Positions 59,325 to 64,000 of a stretch of 64,000 bases of DNA are shown here, piece after piece. The position numbers and the translations under genes are program-made. How positions within the stretch are numbered: the first letter of the stretch is position 1; every line of letters begins with the position of its first letter. Location of the stretch: contig CBDDIJ010000005.1 of the NCBI GenBank assembly GCA_965228855.1, positions 1,376,001 through 1,440,000 of the forward strand, written 5' to 3'. This DNA is from Candidatus Obscuribacterales bacterium (GTDB lineage: Bacteria > Cyanobacteriota > Vampirovibrionia > Obscuribacterales > Obscuribacteraceae). The notes under the pieces are model-generated. The model was given only the letters and a program-made list of their open reading frames with translations. It did no database searches and was not told where the DNA came from.

Positions 59325-60194
59325 ATGCGTTTCTTGTTTCCAATGGCAGCAGCCAGTTTGCTAGCCACAACAACCGGTCAGGCACTAGCGGAAAACGGCA
59401 CGCCTGCAAAGCCAGTCGTGACAACATCCAATGAGAAAGTGGTCCCCAATAAGTCCGCGAACTTCTTTCTGGAAGAAATCACCACACCCGAAAAGACAGC
59501 GGCGTCCACTAAGAAGGCGACCAAATCGACCAAGAAAGCCAGCGAGAAAAACGCACCAAAGGGCAAGGACTCAAAGACAGCCCCGGCGCCAACGGCTGTG
59601 AAATCGAGCTTACAGGACAAGATCGACAAGCAAGGAAAAGTCTCTTCCCACTTCCAGCAGGGTCTGGTCATGCAGAGCATGGGCATGAACGAGTACGCGA
59701 TCGCGGAGTATCGTGACGCGCTGAAGGAAGACAATAAGTTCATCTCAACTTACAACAATCTAGCTCAATGCCTGGTCAATCGAGGTAAGGACGAAGACAA
59801 AGCCGAAGCACTGAAGCTGTTGACCGAAGCTCAAAAGCTTGAGCCCAACAATGTAGGAACCCTTCATGCCCTGGCGGTTCTAAAAGAATCAAATAAGGAC
59901 AGCGCCGGTGCTGAAGAGATGTACCAAAAAGTCCTGGCTATTCAACCGCTCAACATGCGCGCGATTCAGAACCTGTCGGAGATGCACTGGCGCGCTGGTG
60001 ACAAAGCCAAAGCTCGCGAAGTGATCGTCACTGCGCTCAAGCAAAATCCGCCGTCTCAACAGCGCGAAATTTTTGAACAAGCTATAAAAAACCTGGACAA
60101 GCCAATCGCGGCTGCGCCTGAAGAGAAGCCGGCAGCGGAAGCAAAGCCGACTGACGGAAAACAGACTGCATCGAAAGGCGCAGGCGCCAAGTAA
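59325..60194 (+). CDS. Exported TPR protein
   Basis: Signal peptide MRFLFPMAAASLLATTTGQALA, Lys/Ala/Thr linker, TPRs (TYNNLAQCL, LHALAVL, IQNLSEM). Confidence 0.8.
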   Translation: MRFLFPMAAASLLATTTGQALAENGTPAKPVVTTSNEKVVPNKSANFFLEEITTPEKTAASTKKATKSTKKASEKNAPKGKDSKTAPAPTAVKSSLQDKIDKQGKVSSHFQQGLVMQSMGMNEYAIAEYRDALKEDNKFISTYNNLAQCLVNRGKDEDKAEALKLLTEAQKLEPNNVGTLHALAVLKESNKDSAGAEEMYQKVLAIQPLNMRAIQNLSEMHWRAGDKAKAREVIVTALKQNPPSQQREIFEQAIKNLDKPIAAAPEEKPAAEAKPTDGKQTASKGAGAK

Positions 60195-60396
60195 ATTTAG
60201 ACATGCGTCGAATCACCTGATGATGTCCTGAAACAGTCGCGAGTTTGGCTTTCTTCCGCGCGCACGTTACCCGGATACGGCAGCGTGTCGCCGATTGTAG
60301 ACAATCCAGACTCCTGAAAAGTGCTACAATCCCAGGCTTTGGAATCCCGTAATAAAACCCTGGCTGGCATTGGCGTCAAACTTACAGGAGTAATTT

Positions 60397-63300
60397 ATGG
60401 TCGGAAGATTGAATAAAGCGCTGCCGTTGAAAACGGCAGCCTGGTGCCTGTTCGTCGGTTTCGGGGTGAATCAAGCAATAGAGCCGGCCGCTGCGCAACC
60501 GGACGGACGCGCCGACCACAGAGCAGCACACGCTCTCGATTTGGTGAGGTCCCGCGATGCCAGAAGAAGCGATCGGGCAGAACGACAGGCCGAACGACTT
60601 TTTATGAAGAACGGCGGAGAAGTGCGAGTTCTGAATGCGACCCGCCTTGATGTTGCAACGGCAAAATCATTTCAAGTTCAGATGGAGAGGCTGCCCCGAC
60701 GAATGAACTTGCAGTTTGAGACTGCTCAAAATCAGCTTCAAACCTTGAATCTCAACTCCACGCGTCAAACAGTCGCTGCGCCAACTTTCGATGGCACGGT
60801 AGACATTCAGGTCTCCAGAGGCAAAAGCACTGAGACCTTGACGGTAGACAGCTCCACACGCCTCACTGCAGCACAAGCTGTTGCAGTACACCAGGTTCTG
60901 TACGAGAACGGGCAAACTATCGAAATCGGCAGAAGGGGCGATGCTGTCGGCGGCAGCTTTTCACTCACCAATCAACTGGGTCAAAACCTGGAGAGCCTGT
61001 CTATCCCTAAAGATGTAACAGTTATTCGGGACTTCGGAACCGAGTCGAACCTCTCTTTTACGGGCGATATCGTTAACCGCGGCAGCATCCATGTGGTATC
61101 GTCGGCGCCATCAGTTTCCAGCGCCGAAATCAGCGCTCTAAACATTCGCAATGCAAAAACCGGCGTAATCGACTCTACAGGAGATGTAAGCCTGAGCTTG
61201 GTTGCACAACGAGATCTTATTAACAACGGCGTAATAAGCAGTTCGCGCGATCTCAATCTTACTGCAGGAGACGGAATCTACAATCAATCAGAGATTGGGA
61301 ATTCATCACCACAGGCGGCACTATCCGCACAAGGAAACTTGGCATTAAATTCCAATCTAATCATCAACCAGGGTCAAATAAATGCCACTACCGGCAATAT
61401 CGTGATTCCGGGCTTGCGTCACAATTCGGAAAATCAAACGGTGGCTCTTGCAGTTTATGCTTCCGGAGGATCCTTTAATGCCCTGAATGGAAACATCATC
61501 CTCGGTGACAGTTCGGTCTTTCAAACAAACGATTCGATAGAATTGCTCGGCGGTGATTATCACTCACAAAGTCTTATAGTGGAGGCAGGTGAAGGCAAAG
61601 TCAACGGCACCGTCGGTGATGTCACAGGCAAACTGGAAGTCAGGGCTCGGGAGGCCCACATAGGCGTTTCATCTGACAACCTCATACTGGGCGAGAGCCT
61701 CATAACTGGTGACCCGACCTTCTTTAATGATGCTGGCTCGGTAACCATCACTGCAAACTTAAGTTTCGGAGAAGCCATCGCAATCCTTGCAAGCGGCGAT
61801 GTTACTGACGGGGGTTCAGGCCGTAACATTGCAGCACTAAATGGAACGGTTGGCCAACCGATCACCATCATTGCCGGTGCCAACCTGACTGCTAATGATG
61901 GAGCATTGCCGAATTCCAATGCTCAAGCAGGAAATCAGATATCGGCGGGCTCTGTTACCGTGAATGGTGCATCTGCATCCGGTGGCTCTGTTCTCTTATC
62001 TAACTCCACTCTCAGTTCTAGCAGCACCTCGAATGGCTCTGCCGCAGGAGACGTGACTATTTTAGCCTTTGCAGGGAGCAATGGCGGCTCCGGCACAGTC
62101 AGTGTCGGCACAATTTCGGCTTCTGGGCTTGGCAACGGCAATGACGGTAACATCGTCGTGATCGCCGGGGCCAATTCGGGCACCGCCATTAGCTTGACGA
62201 CGGCCTTCACATCGGGAGGTTCAACCGGCGGCACACCCGGAGCCGTGACACTGACGACTGCTCAACCGACAGCAAAGTTGACCTTCGACCAGTTCGGTAT
62301 CGGCACAGGCAAATTCGGAGCAAGCAAGTCTCTTGCAGCCGGCGCAATTTCTGTGGACTTTATTGCCACGCTTGGCGGAGCGATCAATTTGAGCACTGCC
62401 GGCGCAGTCACCACCGGTACCGCCGGCAGTTCAATCTTCAGCGCAGGCGGTGACATATCGATAGTCGCAGGCTCATTGTCCGCACTACGCGGAATCAACG
62501 CAGACGGTTCCGACGGCGTTGCTGCCGCTGTTCCTGGAGCCGCTGGAGGTAACGGACAAAATGGCGGCAACATCACCATCACAACTACTGGCTCCGTCGC
62601 GACCGCAGTTACCGCGAATCTCAGCAGTAGAGGTGGCACAGGCGGCGTCGGAGCCGCAGGCAGCGACGGCACCGTCGGCACTGGAGCAGCTGGTGGAGCC
62701 GGTGGCGCAGGAGGCAGAGGAGGCGACGCCGGCAACATTGTTATCCTCTTTAATGACTCCGCAACCTTAAATGGACAGCTCTTTGCCACCGGGGGCACGG
62801 GTGGCGCAGGGGCTGATGCCGGCAATGGCGCCACAGGGTCAAACGGCGGTAACGGCGGTAGTGGCGGCACCGGCGGTTCCGGAGGGAACGCAGGTTCAAT
62901 CTCAATTTCGTCACGCAGCGGGGGCGATATCCTGATTGGAAATCAAGTCAACGCTAGCGGAGGCACGAGCAGATCCGGTGGAATGGGAGGCCAAGGTGGA
63001 AACGGGAGTGTCAACAACGGCAATGGTGGCGCAGGCGGTGCAGCCGGGATAGCCGGTGCAGGTGGAACTGTTTCGATTGCCACAACTGAATCCGGAAACA
63101 TCACTCTCAACGCAGTTATCGCTCGAGGTGGACTGGGTGATAACGGAGGCCTGGGCGGAAACGCGAGCGCCACTAATGGCAACGTCCTGGGTGGCAATGG
63201 TGGCGATGGTGGTAAAGGTGGTGACGGAGGAATCGGAGGCTCTGTCTCGGTTACGGCAGTCAACGGTCTGATCACGCTTAGCGGTTTCGTGCTGGCAGAT

Positions 63301-64000
63301 GGAGGAGACGGTAGCGATGGCTCCAACGGTGGAAACGCGGGCGGCTCAAATACGGTCACCGGCGGCACTGGCGGTACTGGTGGCTCTGCAGGGCGAGGAG
63401 GAGACGGAGGCTCAGTATTCGTTTCCACCGGAAAGAAATCGAGTGGATCGATAATCGCGGTCGACTCTCTTTCTGCTAGCGGCGGTCTGACGAGATCGGG
63501 CGGAAACGGTGGCGCAGGGGGTGCAGGGGGCTCCGGCGGTGAGGGCGGAACCGGAGGTACAGGCGGCAACGGCAGCTCCGGAGGTAATGGTGGCACTCTG
63601 ACAGTCCAGGCTAATACAGTGACGATGACAGCGACTTCCGGAGCGTTCGGCGGCGGACAATCAGGTCAGGTTGGCAACGGTGGCGCCGGCGGTGACCACT
63701 CCTCAGGCGGAAAAGGTGGAAGCGGGGGCGCTGGCGGCATTGGAGCTGTACAGGGAGCCGGAGGCGTAGTCAAAGTCTCAGGAGGCGATCTGTCAGTCTT
63801 CGAGTTATTCGCGAGCGGCGGAATTTCAGCCAGCATCCTTGGTGGCACTGGCGGTGCGGGCGGCGATGGTAGTATTGGAGGGAACGGTGGTAATGGCAGC
63901 TCGCCTGGCACCGCCGGTAGTGGCGGGCAAGTCATAATGTCCGGGAAAACTATAACGGCTTCAGGCAGACTGAGCGCTGCTGCTGGAGATAGCTCTAGAG
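60397..64000 (+). CDS. Giant secreted Gly-rich adhesin/haemagglutinin-like protein, truncated at the window edge
   Basis: AGGAG RBS before ATG60397; frame 1 read manually appears open to the end; signal-like N-terminus, beta-helix-like middle, GGxGGxGG repeats. Absent from the ORF track because there is no stop in the window. Confidence 0.85.
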   Translation, partial: MVGRLNKALPLKTAAWCLFVGFGVNQAIEPAAAQPDGRADHRAAHALDLVRSRDARRSDRAERQAERLFMKNGGEVRVLNATRLDVATAKSFQVQMERLPRRMNLQFETAQNQLQTLNLNSTRQTVAAPTFDGTVDIQVSRGKSTETLTVDSSTRLTAAQAVAVHQVLYENGQTIEIGRRGDAVGGSFSLTNQLGQNLESLSIPKDVTVIRDFGTESNLSFTGDIVNRGSIHVVSSAPSVSSAEISALNIRNAKTGVIDSTGDVSLSLVAQRDLINNGVISSSRDLNLTAGDGIYNQSEIGNSSPQAALSAQGNLALNSNLIINQGQINATTGNIVIPGLRHNSENQTVALAVYASGGSFNALNGNIILGDSSVFQTNDSIELLGGDYHSQSLIVEAGEGKVNGTVGDVTGKLEVRAREAHIGVSSDNLILGESLITGDPTFFNDAGSVTITANLSFGEAIAILASGDVTDGGSGRNIAALNGTVGQPITIIAGANLTANDGALPNSNAQAGNQISAGSVTVNGASASGGSVLLSNSTLSSSSTSNGSAAGDVTILAFAGSNGGSGTVSVGTISASGLGNGNDGNIVVIAGANSGTAISLTTAFTSGGSTGGTPGAVTLTTAQPTAKLTFDQFGIGTGKFGASKSLAAGAISVDFIATLGGAINLSTAGAVTTGTAGSSIFSAGGDISIVAGSLSALRGINADGSDGVAAAVPGAAGGNGQNGGNITITTTGSVATAVTANLSSRGGTGGVGAAGSDGTVGTGAAGGAGGAGGRGGDAGNIVILFNDSATLNGQLFATGGTGGAGADAGNGATGSNGGNGGSGGTGGSGGNAGSISISSRSGGDILIGNQVNASGGTSRSGGMGGQGGNGSVNNGNGGAGGAAGIAGAGGTVSIATTESGNITLNAVIARGGLGDNGGLGGNASATNGNVLGGNGGDGGKGGDGGIGGSVSVTAVNGLITLSGFVLADGGDGSDGSNGGNAGGSNTVTGGTGGTGGSAGRGGDGGSVFVSTGKKSSGSIIAVDSLSASGGLTRSGGNGGAGGAGGSGGEGGTGGTGGNGSSGGNGGTLTVQANTVTMTATSGAFGGGQSGQVGNGGAGGDHSSGGKGGSGGAGGIGAVQGAGGVVKVSGGDLSVFELFASGGISASILGGTGGAGGDGSIGGNGGNGSSPGTAGSGGQVIMSGKTITASGRLSAAAGDSSR

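Noticed and set aside
61560..63935. Pro-rich minus-strand ORFs
   Set aside because: They are the antisense shadow of the GGN-rich codons of the giant plus-strand gene.

Overview
Gene-dense bacterial chromosomal window with no prophage, transposase, rRNA or CRISPR array. The cyanobacteria-like tRNA-Glu and Ycf52-like GNAT, together with several Ser/Thr kinases and lineage-type hypothetical proteins, suggest a non-photosynthetic relative of cyanobacteria (Melainabacteria/Obscuribacterales-like). That placement is inference only. Housekeeping genes include sbcD, rlmD, rplI, xseAB, hutI, a YumC-type FNR, nrdJ-dcd behind tandem NrdR boxes, comEC, moxR-DUF58-transglutaminase, glyQ, a ROK kinase, a CHASE3 hybrid kinase/CheR cassette, a radical SAM protein, tRNA-Glu and tkt. 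The most notable items are: (1) a bacterial protein resembling the animal Raw/OLRN-1 NDT-like domain, fused to an unknown domain and overlapping an IPNS-type 2OG-Fe(II) dioxygenase gene, next to a decayed hicA and intact hicB; (2) two paralogous proteins built only from four MshEN-like units, one coupled to a membrane kinase; (3) an XseB with a tail carrying a beta-clamp-type QLSFF motif; (4) a repeated CxxC/TQW/CxC module on one kinase and a frameshifted Zn-ribbon on another; (5) a possibly switchable structured leader before tkt; (6) a nested 33-bp tandem-repeat region; (7) an HD-to-SD variant protein; (8) a >1200-aa Gly-rich secreted protein that runs off the right edge and is missing from the ORF track. 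All family calls come from reading motifs by eye, not from database searches.
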